A stretch of 64,000 nt of DNA. Origin: Octopus vulgaris (lineage: Eukaryota). The notes below the pieces were generated by a model that made no database searches, was not told the origin of the DNA, and saw only the letters and a list, made by a program, of their open reading frames with translations. Below are positions 26,680-39,740 of this stretch, piece after piece (position 1 is the first letter of the stretch; every line of letters begins with the position of its first letter). The stretch is from NCBI GenBank assembly GCA_951406725.2, contig OX597821.1, forward strand, positions 12,648,001-12,712,000, in the 5' to 3' direction. The translations under genes were made by a program, and so were the position numbers.

Positions 26680-27542
26680 TTTTCTATTCTAGGCACAATG
26701 TCCGAAACTTGGCGGGAGGGGTCTGTCTATTAGATCGACCCAAGTCCGCAACTGGTCCTTAATTTATCGACCCCGAAATGATGAAAGGCAAAGTCGAACG
26801 CGGCAAAACGTAAAGACGGGTGAATTGCCGTTAAGTATTTTGGCCGGTGAGCTAAAAATTCTGAACGTAAAGACAGGCGAAATACCGCGAAGCGTTTCAC
26901 CCGGCGTGCTAACGTTTCTTATTTCTTTACTGCACAGAACGTAGCTGCAGACGAAATACCTATTTCTTTACTGCCCACTAGGGGCTACACACAGAGGGGA
27001 CAAACAAGGACAGACAAACGGATTAAGTCGATTATATCGACGCCAGTGCGTAACTGGTACTTATTTAACCGACCCCGAAAGGATGAAAGGCACAGTCGAC
27101 CTTGGCGGAATTTGAACTCACAACGTAGCGGCAGACGAAATACCTATTTCTTTACTGCCCAAAAGGGGCTACACACAGAGGGGACAAACAAGCACAGACA
27201 AACGGATTAAGTCGATTATATCGACGCCAGTGCGTAACTGGTACTTATTTAATCGACCCCGAAAGGATGAAAGGCATAGTTGATCTCAGCGGAATTTGGA
27301 CTCAGAACGTAGCGGCAGACGAAATACCTATTTATTTACTACCCACAAGGGGTGAGACACAGAAAGGACGAACAAGGACAGACAAACGCATTAAGTCGAA
27401 TATATATTCCCAGTGCGCAACTGGTACTTTATTGATTGACCCCGAAAGGATGAAGGCAAAGTCGACATCGGCGGAATTCGAACTTAAAACGTAACCGCAG
27501 ACTAAATACGGCTACGCATTTCGCCCGGCGTACTAACGTTTC
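26680..27542 (-). mobile_element. Cluster of family B SINEs including a ~184-bp head-to-tail tandem array
   Basis: GCAGAC(G/T)AAATAC recurs at 26947, 27131, 27315 and 27497. Confidence 0.85.
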
Positions 27543-27583
27543 AGTGAGATATTGTCAGGGAGACAGTATACTCTTACCTGCAG

Positions 27584-27646
<63 letters not shown>

Positions 27647-28378
27647 TTACATACATATATGTATGTACATATGTACTTACCTATGTGTGTGTGTGTGTGT
27701 GTATAGATAAATTCACTGAACTTCATCACCTCAATAAAATTAAATTGTACTTTCACCTTCCAATCTTCCTATCGATCAATATTAAGTCGTTATTTAAAAT
27801 AACCTAATATTAACACACACACACACACACGCTCACACACACACATATATCTATATGTGTGAGGAGGGGCATGTCTGTATGTGTGTATTTATATGTTGTA
27901 GTATTAGAAAGCACCAAGCCGACGATAAAAAAGATACCAAAATATTATCGATAACATCATCACCATGTATCCATATATAGCTGCTGTGATACTAAAGATA
28001 TTGTAGATCTAAATCTCTAGATAACTTTGAAGCTCATACTGTTTATACGATGGTTGTGATTACGTTTTCATTAATATGTTAAGGACTATTTTAGTTGCTG
28101 ATAACATAGCATATATATATATATATATGTTATCATATAATTTATCATTCTGTAGATGGTAGTGTCACTGCTTTGTTTCGTTGTTTTAACTCAAGGTGAA
28201 TCTAGACCGAGTAGGAAAGTAATCCAATGTGTTGGAGTCTTAACCTTCTAGAACCCAACAAAAACAATTTTGTCAAACGTTTTACCGTGAAGCAGCATGA
28301 CGAAATATTATCCGTATGTGGTTTAAAATTGAGCGACATTCGTTCGAAACTCGGATATGATACTATAGTTCTGTCATT

Positions 28379-29195
28379 AGGCGGGGGACTGGCTGTGTGG
28401 TAAGTAGCTTGCTTACCAACTACATGGTTCCTAGTTCAGTGCCACTGCGGGGCACGTTGGACAAGTGTCTTCTACTATAGCCTCGGGCCGACCAAAGCCT
28501 TGTGAGTGAATTTGTTAGACGGAAACTGAAAGAAGCCCGTTGTATATAGTATATATGTATATCTGATACTGTTAGTTGGAAGGGGTATATTCGATTCTTC
28601 CAGTGACTTCAAATTTAATATTTTTAATATTTAATATTGTGAAGTCTCATGCTGATGAAGAAGATGTTCAGATAAAGTATAAGTTCTACATTCTTTATAC
28701 CGATCTAATTCCAAAACGCGTACATGTGTAATCAAATATCGATTGATTTTCGTTATTTTCCCTCTCTGCCTGCGTGGATTGTTTTCGAGTACTTTTTTTC
28801 CGGGAGTCTCTTTTTAAAGTAGAGGATATAGCTAAGGTTCTTTGGCTGCTATTTCTAAACTTCGGTATTTGGTAAAGCAAATCTTTGCTGAACCCTAATT
28901 ATAAAGTATATAAAGTATATACATGTATGTATGTATGTATGTATGTATGTATGTATGTATGTATGTATGTATGTATGAGTGTGTATAAGTTTGTGTGTCT
29001 GTGTTTGTCCCCCAACTTCGCTTGACAACTGATGGTGGTGTGTCTATGTCACCGTAACTTAGCGGTTCGGTAAAAGAGGTTGATAGAATACGTACTAGGC
29101 TTACAAAGAATAAGTCCTCTGGTCGATTTGCTCGACTAAAGGCGGTGCTCCAGCATGACCGCAGTCAAATGACTGAAACAAGATAAAGAGTAAAG
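28379..29195 (+). mobile_element. SINE family A interrupted by a ~350-bp insertion in its internal microsatellite
   Basis: The 5' part 28379-28560 and the 3' part ~28920-29195 match 40596-41013. The intervening sequence is absent from the other copies. Confidence 0.85.
28648..28726 (+). ncRNA. Decayed type I hammerhead ribozyme
   Basis: CATG-CTGATGA-(AGAA...TTCC)-AAAAC-GC-GTA-CATG. Stem I CATG/CATG is intact and core G12 reads A. Confidence 0.6.
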
Positions 29196-32115
29196 AAGAA
29201 GAGAGTAAGCTATGTACTTCTTTCAATGTTGCTTCAGTTTCTTCAGGTGGAAATTGAGCGACTTTATCGATTTACGGATGAGGAATGCAGAGTATATTAG
29301 TTCGCACCTGGTACCTCACCTGATATTTTTCAAGACGTTATTCTAGTATCACCACAGTCCAATGATAGAAACAAGGAAAAGTTTGAAACGGTATCAGTCA
29401 ATTATATTTCAGAAAGTTCCAGAAAATGTTCTCGTGCAATGAATGACTCTATAAGACTTTAAAATCAATTGTCCTTCGGATACGGACATATTCGTTCCTG
29501 AAATCTTAATAGTATTATTGGGCGTAAATGTTGCTATTCTTCCTAGTATGTCAGGCAATTGTACACTGGCGTACCCTAATAGAATGGTGGCACTCTTTTG
29601 TAAATATACTTGGCAATATGTAAACGTACGTGGACTTAACGACATGTCGATGCCTTGGAATAAAGAGCGTGGGGTAAGCCGGGTTGAAGATTGAAAATGG
29701 CTTCTATTTTGTGAGAACATTTGATGTTAACATAAAGTATATGTAAATGTCAGCAAAATCCTATTATTGCAACATCATGAAATTCATTTGTGAAAGGGAT
29801 GTTATGCGAACGTGATAATCTATTGTGAAACAATTATATGAAACTAATATGATCCAAGTGGAGGAATCTGACATAAAAGCGATGTATAATTTCAGAAAGA
29901 AAGGAAACAAAAACCAAGAAATAATTATGTAGACATTTCGTACTGTAAAACAGAGCAGGAAAAATAAAACACAAGAGACAATATCTCTTAAATCAATAAT
30001 TACGCTTCCGAAGTGACTGGAAACAATATAATTTGATATTTCAACAACCACAGCAAAAATGGCAAATAGCGTTTTAACAAAGAATGTTATACATTTTATT
30101 TACTTATTTATTCATTTATTCAATGTTGTTGTTGCTGCTGCTGCCACAATTTGTTCTGTTGCGACTGTGCTGGCGTTATAACTTGGTGTTTGTTTTGATT
30201 TTTCTTGTAGCTTCTGTCGGTATTTTTTCGTAGTATATGTTTATATTTCTCATTAGTGAAAGATATATGTAATAGAACTGATCGACACTGTAATTTTTGT
30301 AACTGATACGAATATTTTTGAAATTCCTGCATAATTTTCTGACTGCATTAAGAAATATCAGCGTCAATTGAATCATTTGGCAACTCACTTTGATGGCACT
30401 CAAGTGCATGCTCGATTGAGACTGAAATTGGAAGGCAATGTATAAGCATACCCGCAAATAATATGAAAATTGTTACATAATTGCAATTCCCAAATTCAAC
30501 CAACAAGTGCACACTTGTTCGCTGAATTTATGAATTGCAATTATTGAACGAACGGCATATTTTATACTATATCCGTGTTAGCCAGACGTGATTGAAGTGA
30601 TTAAACTAATAATCAAGCAAGACATAAATAAACTACAAAGGTCAGATTCTATAAACATGGTGAGAATCCTGACGGTAAATGTTTCTTCGAAGCACAAATA
30701 TAGCTTCCAGTATAATTTAGTATGTGTTTGAAGTATTATACGTAGAAAATTTACAAATTTGAAACTGATAAAACATAAAACTCGAAAGAACACAGCATGG
30801 CTATCTTTTATAACCAACATATTAACTTTGTCATATTGGTCATTCTTGAGATTATAAATCTTTAATATTACAACAACCCAGTTTCTTGTCCGTCCGATGG
30901 TCGGTTCGTTTGCCAATGAAATATCTATGAACTTACTCAAATTATTCGTTGAATTCAAAATAATAAAAGAAAGGTTTATATTCTACTTGTGTTCTTTCGC
31001 CACTGTAGAAAAAAAATGATCACGAATATTTCGATATGAAATACAGATATTGACTGTATGGTGAAGAGAAATACGGTAAAGACGTTAAGATTTTACTCTG
31101 GAAAGACAAATTTACTTAATATGGTGATGTATTTACGAATTCAGTCACAAAATGGTCAATTCTGTTGTAAAACTACTTCAATTTATTTAGGAATATCATT
31201 CGATCGCCAGAAATCAATTATGTTTGGGGTAGGTAAACTATTTCACAAACGTTTTGCTCAGATATGTCAGTGCAAATTTAGGTTACTATTCTGACCAGAT
31301 TTATACAATGATTTCCTTTAATATTCATCAGCTGCCACAAATATTACTAACATACACAACTGATACGCGTACGAGCTATTTTTAGAAAAAAGCATGCAAA
31401 ATACCTTTAAATCAGCAACAAAATATATCATAATGATAAAAAGAGAAACTGGAAAACAAGAATACAGAAATTGGAAAACGAGAATAGTTTATAGAAAATT
31501 CAACTAAGCAGATGGAAATGTTGTATAATGTGTACTCCAAGTTTGTTGATTTTGAAGTATAGTATTTTGGATAGAATATTTTTAGTTAAAGCAACGTTAA
31601 AAGGTTATGCCTGCAGTTTTAACTGTCAAAAAACTTTCTGAAATATTGCTAATGTGCAGACGTTTGCGTGTGGTCAAGAAGTTTACTTTGTTTCTGCGAG
31701 ATTTCGTGTACAGTTCCATTGCGACGAAATTTGTGCAAATGTATTCTACAAAAGCCCGGGTCGACGAATGCCTAACCAGTGAAATAGGTAAATTGAATCT
31801 GTGTGAAAGCTCGCCGTTTATATGTATGTGTATATATTCTGAGAGTCTGTTTGTGTTTTTCCATTACGGTTATTCGTCTAGGAAGCTAAGGCTACATTGG
31901 TTCATCTAAACGCAGGAACTAAAAAAAACAATATATATTAGACTGTGCAGAATTAACTGCAACAATTAGATACAATAACCACCAGTTTTATCGACCACCA
32001 ATCAGCTTTCAAGATTGCAGAAAAAGAGACAATTTCATCACCTAACCGTATAAAATCGAGGAATCTCATCGACATTCAAAATTTCGATGAGAGATACTTA
32101 CAAGCTGTTTCATTG

Positions 32116-32314
32116 TTCAATATTTAAGAGATGAGGAATTTTGTACCGTATTTATATTATTTACTATTCCTGGATATTTGTCCTCATCTTGTTTGTATTT
32201 AACACAACGTTTTGGCTGATATACCCTTCGGCCTTCATCAGGTGTTTTGAGAAAATTCTGAACCTGGATTCTCATTCTTAAAGTATTTTTCGACGTTGTT
32301 GTTGTTGTTGTCAT

Positions 32315-32359
<45 letters not shown>

Positions 32360-32495
32360 CACTACTACTACTACTAATACTAATACTACTATTATTATTA
32401 TTATCATTATTATTATTATTCAGGTTACTGCCCAGAATCGAACTCAGAATCATGGGGTTAGTAGCCCGCGCTCTTAACGACTACAACATATGCCC
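32116..32495 (-). mobile_element. tRNA-headed SINE family C with microsatellite spacer and hammerhead-containing tail
   Basis: Head GGGCATATGTTGTAGTCGTTAAGAGCGCGGGCTACTAACCCC..GAGTTCGATTC (32495-32420), (AAT/AGT/AAC)n spacer, and a tail with the HHR at 32246-32201. Confidence 0.7.
32201..32246 (-). ncRNA. Minimal type I hammerhead-like motif, decayed
   Basis: AACAC-CTGATGA-A-GGCCGA..TCAGCC-AAAAC-GTT-GTGTT. Perfect 5-bp stem I, stem II with one mismatch, and G12 reads A. Confidence 0.65.
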
Positions 32496-32796
32496 GATTA
32501 ATTCTTGGCACTTCCTGAAGAAGAAAGAATTCTTACGCCTTTTACCTTGTGGCAATAAAGCAATTGCGAATGGCTACGAAATATGCTTCTCAATTGTAAG
32601 GTCTCGCCTTCTATCTTACTCTGTTGTATCATTGGCAAATAGCTTTTACTGTTATTTTCGATAAACAAAGTTTTTACGTTAACTGTCTGCATGCCTCTCC
32701 TATGGAATGTGAGTCTGACTCAAAGAGTCGACGTTGATGCACAGTATCATGTTGGTTCTACATGTAGTACATCTATCTTTGATATTAATTACGACT

Positions 32797-33002
32797 AAGG
32801 CATCTAGCTGGCAGAATCGTTAGTAGACCGGACAAAATACTTAGCGGCATTTTGTCCGTGCATTCATTCTGAGATCAAAACCGCCGAGATCGATTTTGCG
32901 TTTCGGGGACGTTAATATGTACAGCAGTTGAGCGCTGGGGCCAGTGTATTTTCTTACTCCCACGAAATTGCTAGCCTTGAGCCAAAATTTGAGACCAATA
33001 TT
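32797..33002 (+). mobile_element. SINE family B, degenerate
   Basis: AGCTGGCAGAATCGTTAG head plus a decayed core and tail. Confidence 0.7.
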
Positions 33003-34244
33003 GACTGTGTGTGTGTTGAATGCTAACCCTGGCTAAATCAAAAGGAACGTAAATATATGACAGAGCGTCTAAACCTTCATATCTGAAACCGACAGAGATT
33101 TATCTATATTTCTTATTTATAAAAGAAGTGAAATTAACAATGTAGCAACTACGTTAGTATAATGAAATAACAGCAACGTATTTGTCGGTATTAATTGGAC
33201 GAAAGACTGTTGGCGACTTGTTGTTTTGGAGACATATTTGAAAGAGTAAGCCATCGATTAATAACACAACACTGATCAGTCTATTGGGACGGAAAGTATT
33301 TTAGGAGATGGCGGGTAAAAAGACATAATTAGTCACTGTTTACAATGCTGAATCGTTATAGATTATTGGAACCGACTATAATCATGTACATAAGATTTGT
33401 TTAAATTTAGGCGTGTGATGCAAAGAGAGTTGGAGAAGAGAGAGGGAATCTAAAGGAAAAAGTGAATGTGAAAATCGTGCATGGGGATAAAGACCTTTAG
33501 TGAATATGAAGGATATGAATTCATAAGTATTGAATAAATCTGAATTGTTCCTCGGTGAAAGCAGAACATCTTAGATTTATAAATGGAGTAGTAACTCATG
33601 TAATTCACTCGTTTATCAGAAATGCAAATAAAGTGAAGTTATTGCAACTAGGAATCGAAACCCATTGCTTTCTTTAGTTTGGTAGCCCCTTACAAGTTCT
33701 GTATAGACTTCACTATTGACATCTGCAATATTTATTCAGAGTAATGGTGGTGGAAGCCTTTAGTTCAAAGCCGTCCTCACGCTGACCGATTCTTCAACGT
33801 AAAGATCGAAATGAATAATAAACATAACGAACAATAGCACTAATGTATTTTCAGTGTAATATGTTAGTTCTTTCCAGTAAGTCACGTTTACAATCAGCCT
33901 GACTCCGAGCCAAGAACAAGCTTACATCAAATAGAAAGTACACTTTAGCTGAGAGGCTTCAGCACCTAATAATCTGCAGTTAATGCCAAATGCGACACAA
34001 TAGAGGTAAAATAGATTTAAATAGCTATCAGCCACTACACTATAAATATAATATACATATATATTTAGATTCGGCGATTTACGTTCTGGGTTCTAATAGC
34101 GCCGATTTCAACTTTGCTTTTTAACATTTCGGTTACGATAAAATAATGTAACTCTTATGTAGAATTATTCATTTATAATCTTTTTCGAAGTACTCGACCT
34201 CGTGTAGATACCAGAAATCAATATCATACAAATATTTTTAAAAT

Positions 34245-34498
34245 GGAGGCGCAATGGCCCAGTGGTTAGGGCAGCGGTCTCGTGGTCAGAGGATCGTAGT
34301 TTCGATTCCCAGACTGGGCGTGGTGTGTGTTTATTGAGCGAAAACACCTAAAGCTCCACAGGCTCCGTTGTACTTTTTCGCCCCAATATTATCTCACTCT
34401 TTCTTCCTGTTTTTTGACTAACACTGCGATGGACTGGCGTCCCGTGCAGCTGGGGGGAACACACACGCCACTTGAAAAGGGCGCGTAAAAAAAAAAAA
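34245..34498 (+). mobile_element. tRNA-derived SINE family D with V-SINE-like central motif
   Basis: A-box TGGCCCAGTGG, B-box GTTTCGATTCC, motif CTGCGATGGACTGGCGTCCCGT, A-rich tail. Confidence 0.75.
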
Positions 34499-34557
34499 TT
34501 AATATTTTAAAAATGATTCAACTTGAAGTTATATATAAATATATATGTGGATACTGT

Positions 34558-34625
<68 letters not shown>

Positions 34626-35360
34626 GAGAGAGAGAGAGATGAGTAGAATAGGATATGATATGCACAGAATCGTGCAATTATCAGAGTAAGCTACAATTAA
34701 ATTAATATAATAGAAGGTTACGAAACGACCGTATCACTATGCAGTCACCTGATTACACGTACATATACATACATATATAAACTTCAATCTGGGTTATGTA
34801 AGAATAAAAACACATTTCTTCTATACAACAAATACAAGGGAAAATAAGTGAGAGGAAACTCTCCTGATCGACAATCTCATGGCATACGGTCCCTTTTGAC
34901 GGAAAATGTACCATTCCTCATGCTCGAATTATTAAGCATGGGTTACCTGTTTGTAGAGAAGAAATGAATTAGGCTAATACCTAATACTGATTTACGTTTT
35001 GTCGTACATAAATATTGGTTCATTTTTAGCGAACCATTAGGATCGGAATGTGCAATTAACTCTGTCTATCAGATCCTAATCAAATTGCTGGCCATTTTAA
35101 AATATTATATTGATCATGATAATGGCGGCGATGTTTACAGTCACCTATAAGTGCCAGTCGAAAAGATTTGAAGTGTCCGGCCAAGGGAGTCATTCCCTTT
35201 TTTACGCACATTTATAGAACGTGGGGATTCTGTTTACATTTTTAATTGTATTTTACCCACCGTAAGATTGTATGTATGTGTGTGTGAGTGTATGTGTGTA
35301 AGAGTGTGGGTTTGCACATACTTATGCCTGAAAGTATGACTGCATGAATATATATATATA

Positions 35361-35399
<39 letters not shown>

Positions 35400-35603
35400 C
35401 TGTGTGTATGTGTGTGTGTATGTGTCTATAGTGAAAATTTACAACAAAACATAAAAGACGAGGACGGGTGTGCAAACAATAAACATTTGTATTAGTTTCG
35501 AGCCTACGAAAGGAACACAGAAATAAACAGGGAGAGAAAATTTTAAAAAAATGTTTAGTGGCTAGCGATATATATATACGTATACCTGTATATGGATATG
35601 TAT

Positions 35604-35644
<41 letters not shown>

Positions 35645-35902
35645 ATATATAAGAGGAGAATTCAAGTAAGTTCAACAATTTATATAAACATATATTCAGC
35701 CATAAACGAATATATATCAGTTATTAAAATATATTAATGTATCCAGTCATTCATTAAAACTATTAAAAATGTATGAATACATAAATATTTAAAAATATAA
35801 TATACATATATGGGTAGAAAATGAAATTGTGGTATAAAGTGTCGATGAATAACATTGTATATAAACATCTTCATTAAAAGTGTTGTTAAAATATTCTTTT
35901 TT

Positions 35903-36038
35903 ACTCTAGGCACAAGGCCTGAAATTTTGGGGCAGGGGGAAAGTCCATTAGATCGACCCCAGTACGCAACTGGTACTTAATTTATCGACCCCCCGAAAGG
36001 ATGAAAGGCAAAGTCGACCTCGGCGGAATTTGAACTAT
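35903..36038 (-). mobile_element. SINE family B, 5'-truncated
   Basis: TTTATCGACCCC..GAAAGGATGAAAGGCAAAGTCGACCTCGGCGGAATTTGAAC. Confidence 0.85.
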
Positions 36039-37479
36039 AGCGACGTTTAAAGACAATAGTACTTCCTATAATATATAAAACACAAGAATATTTTACTATA
36101 CACACTCAGGCACACACACGCACGGGTGTGTGTGTTGCGTTTTGAGACAGTCATTTTTTTGCGGGGGAGGGGACAAATAAACACATGCACTATATATTCG
36201 TTCTTCCCTCGTTTATTACTGTTCTTATTCTAACTCATCTCCACTGACCGAATGTCCTTCTTCACACATCTGTGACCTCCTCAGCGACACTTTCCGTCTT
36301 CGTGTCTGTCCTTCTTCTGCTTATTCCATTCTGTTCTAATATTATGTGTATCCTTTTAAGCGCGTGCGTCTGTGTTTGTGTAAGTGTGTGTACATATGTA
36401 TGTGTGTGTGCGAGAGAGATTGTGTGTCATTGTATGTGTGTGTCCTTAGTAGCACTATCACTTCCCACTCTGCCCCATTTCCAGTACCGTTGCTGCTGCT
36501 GCTGCCCTTGAGTCCGACTTTATGTACCGTTCTTGTGACTCACTGTGTTTGCGTGTTCGCCGACGCTGCTGTGCCATCGTGGTAGAAGTACTTTCGTTTT
36601 TGTTGTTGCTATTGTTGTTCCCATTGTTGTTAGCCGTGATGTTAGTATTGTTGCGGCCCTCTGTGAATTTACCGTATGTGTGCTTGTGAGTTTATATGGG
36701 TTAGCTTCCTATGTTGTCGGTATCCTTGTCCTTTATACAGTTTTTTTTTTTTTGAATGTGTCTAAGTTTTTAATATTTATTATAGGTATGTTTATATATG
36801 TGTATTGTATGTGTATTACGCTGTTTGCCTCTGATTATTTTTTTTGTGCCTTTAGCCTGTAGTCCTTAGACGTTGTGTTGTGTAACGTTTTGGTGGTGGT
36901 GAGTGTTATTGTTCTATTCGATAGAGTCTCGGTCTGTATATTGCTAAGTGTGTAGCGTCAGTGATATTTCTAAGTGTCGCGTCAGTTCTATGCTTTTATA
37001 ATACTTTTACATATGTTATCGAATGAGCCTTTATGTTCTGCTTGAGCTTGTTGGTAGAGCACTGACAAGCCTTTCACTTCTTTGAACTTTGAGTTCTCAC
37101 CAGTGTTCACCTATACTTTCTTCTATGCTGCGTGATATCACCCCAATGTAAGTAGTTATCATGCCTCTGCACCGTCCATCAGCACCTCGTAAGCTATAGA
37201 CTATATTCCCAAACTTACAGTTAAATTGTGCGTTCATCCTGCATATAATACAATTGTCCCTCCGTACATGGGACCTAAAATATGGGACCTATTATTAAAA
37301 TAATAGTCCATAGTGTATTTTTCTTCATCTTGCAAGCGCAAGTGATAATTTCCTTTAATTTTCATGGCATTAGTAGTGACACTGCCTGTGACGGTTAAGT
37401 AAGTAGTCTGGTCAAGACTGTTTTGAAAAGAAATGGCTGGAGCAGTCGAATAAGCAGCAGTAATAACAATAGTAGTCGG

Positions 37480-37517
<38 letters not shown>

Positions 37518-39003
37518 TATACACGTGTGTATATATACATATATACATGCGTACATATGAGGCAGGCAGATGTGTATACCTGTATTTTGGCCCATATGTG
37601 TGTACGCATATGTATATGACCTGTATGTAATCATGTGACCTGCTGTAAAGCAAATTTATATGCAATTAACAGCAATGACCGCTCTCACACATAGGAATTC
37701 ACTGTCTCTCTCTAGCTATCAGTATCAATTGGGTAATATGGTTGAACAGCATATTTGTAAACATATATTGTACAGTATAGTTGGACATCATTTCGTTTAT
37801 GGCATTGTGGATATCATTAGCTGGTGGATATATTTCACTTACACCTCATTTCTATCCCCTTCTGAGTCTTGATCTTTATACGCGTGTATACGTCTCTGTG
37901 TGTGTGCGAGCATATGTGATGGAAGGAGGAATGGGGAGGCGGAGAGGGAGAGAGAGAAAGAGATGAAGAGAGAGAGAGAAAGCGAGAATAAGTTCAAAAT
38001 TTTATGATAGCTAAGAAACTAACGTGATTATCACTACACTTCAGTACATAAATAGTAGAATGAAACAAAATATATGTAATATTGTGACTGAAGATTGCAG
38101 CTTGCACTCACTAATTATAGTAAATATAAAATATCAAGCAAGTGCAGAAAAAATAATCATGTATTCAACCAATATAAAATTAATTATCTTCTTATCAAAT
38201 ACTGTCAGTGAAAAGCGGTATAATTTTTTCCACAATTAGACGTAATTTGCGTTCGGTATTCTCAAGCAACTATTGAACTTGTAGGATCTGCTGACGTGTT
38301 GTACCGCAGACACGATGTAACATACGGCTTTCAATAGCACAGAAATGGAAGTCTGTCAGTATAATTAAATAAACATACCTGGTTTATGAAAATTCTACAG
38401 CTTGTGTTGTTGATATTGATTTCATGTGCTGAACCCCACCTGACACTTAATAGAACGTATAAGAATAAGTCGTCAGCAATTCAGTAACTTCCGAAAAATT
38501 CAGATGCAGTGTTCATGATTCTTCGCATAATGTGTGAATGCATTTTATTGCACTCGGGCATTAGAGATGGTATTACATCGGTTAATAGGAATAGCAATGA
38601 AATCTATCTCCTTCAGCCGTGTTTTTAATAGGTTAAGAAAGCAGAGATCCTTTAAATTCTGTAGAAAACACACAGAGCTGGCTATTGTTTGTAAAAATAG
38701 TAAGAAGTTGTAGATAATTAAAAGTGATCTTTTTGTCGTTACTTTTCAAATTAATTTTTCTACCTTATTTTTTATCTCACTTTTGGTCTTCTCGAGCTTT
38801 TCTTCCAAGTTGGTCATCCAGTGGATCATATTTTATACATAAATAGCTGTTGTAATTAATTTACCGAAAACAACCTCAAAGTAAACCAAACTAATGCAAT
38901 GAGTCATACATTAGGGATAAGGGCATCAGAAACGGTTCTGAAGAGATTCTTCTGCTTCACCCACATCTGTTTTCATCTTTCTATTCTACTGTTTTATCTT
39001 TAA

Positions 39004-39126
39004 CTAGCAGTATCGCACGGCGTTGCTCGGGTTTGTAAGGGAAATAACTATGTAAGCATTTTTAGAGAGTTATAGCCAAAATATAGCAAAAAATGCATTA
39101 AAAATGGAAAAAAAATGATGGTAAAT
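39004..39126 (-). mobile_element. Non-autonomous Helitron 3' end (same family as 8720-9115)
   Basis: CTAGCAGTATCGCACGGCGTTGCTCGGGTTTGTAAGGGAAATAACTA is the near-exact reverse complement of 9069-9115. It has an internal deletion relative to the first copy. Confidence 0.8.
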
Positions 39127-39559
39127 AATTCCCAAAACACCTAATGCAGATTTTAATCTGTGATGAAAACAATGCCTAATTATCACAGTAGTGTAATATA
39201 AGTTTGAATAATGTGGCACCTCAGGTTTGACCCCAAGTATTAAAATCGTTCTATCTGTTACAAATGTTACAAGGATCTGATTAAAGTAAACGTCATCGAA
39301 ACCGATGATTGATGGAACAGTTCTATAGAATTTAAGCAATAAAGAAACATTTTAGAGGAAGCAGTTTCATTTCAATAACTAGAAACAAAACATAAAAGAG
39401 TGACCACTTCTTTGTCCTTTTCTCATATCAAATAAACTGTTGCGGAAGACATCATGTGCTGGCTTAATGATTTACCAAAACGGCATAGAGATTTTGCCAC
39501 TTATCAGTTTAATGTGGAGATAAAATTTCCATTTTCGTAGTAACAGCTATGGGATAAGT

Positions 39560-39740
39560 GGCACAAGACCAGCAAGATCGAGGAAGGTGGATAAGTCGAA
39601 TAGATCAGTGTTCAACTGATACTTATTTTATCAATCCCGAAAGGTTAAATTGACTTCGGTAGAATTTGAACTCAGAACGTAAAGACAGACGAAATGTTGC
39701 TAAGCATTTAACCCGGCATGCTAATGATTCTGCCAACTGA
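39560..39740 (-). mobile_element. SINE family B, degenerate
   Basis: AATTTGAACTCAGAACGTAAAGAC..TGCTAATGATTCTGCCA. Confidence 0.75.

Noticed and set aside
26918-27542. CRISPR-like regular repeats
   Set aside because: Whole units repeat with no unique spacers. They are SINE bodies in a eukaryotic context.
29222-31910. Possible host exons in the repeat-poor stretch
   Set aside because: Candidate AG-bounded frames hit stops quickly and the ORFs resemble no protein I recognise. Small exons cannot be excluded without RNA-seq.
34245-34320. tRNA gene (also 32420-32495)
   Set aside because: The acceptor stems do not close and the sequences run on into SINE bodies, so these are tRNA-derived heads rather than tRNA genes.
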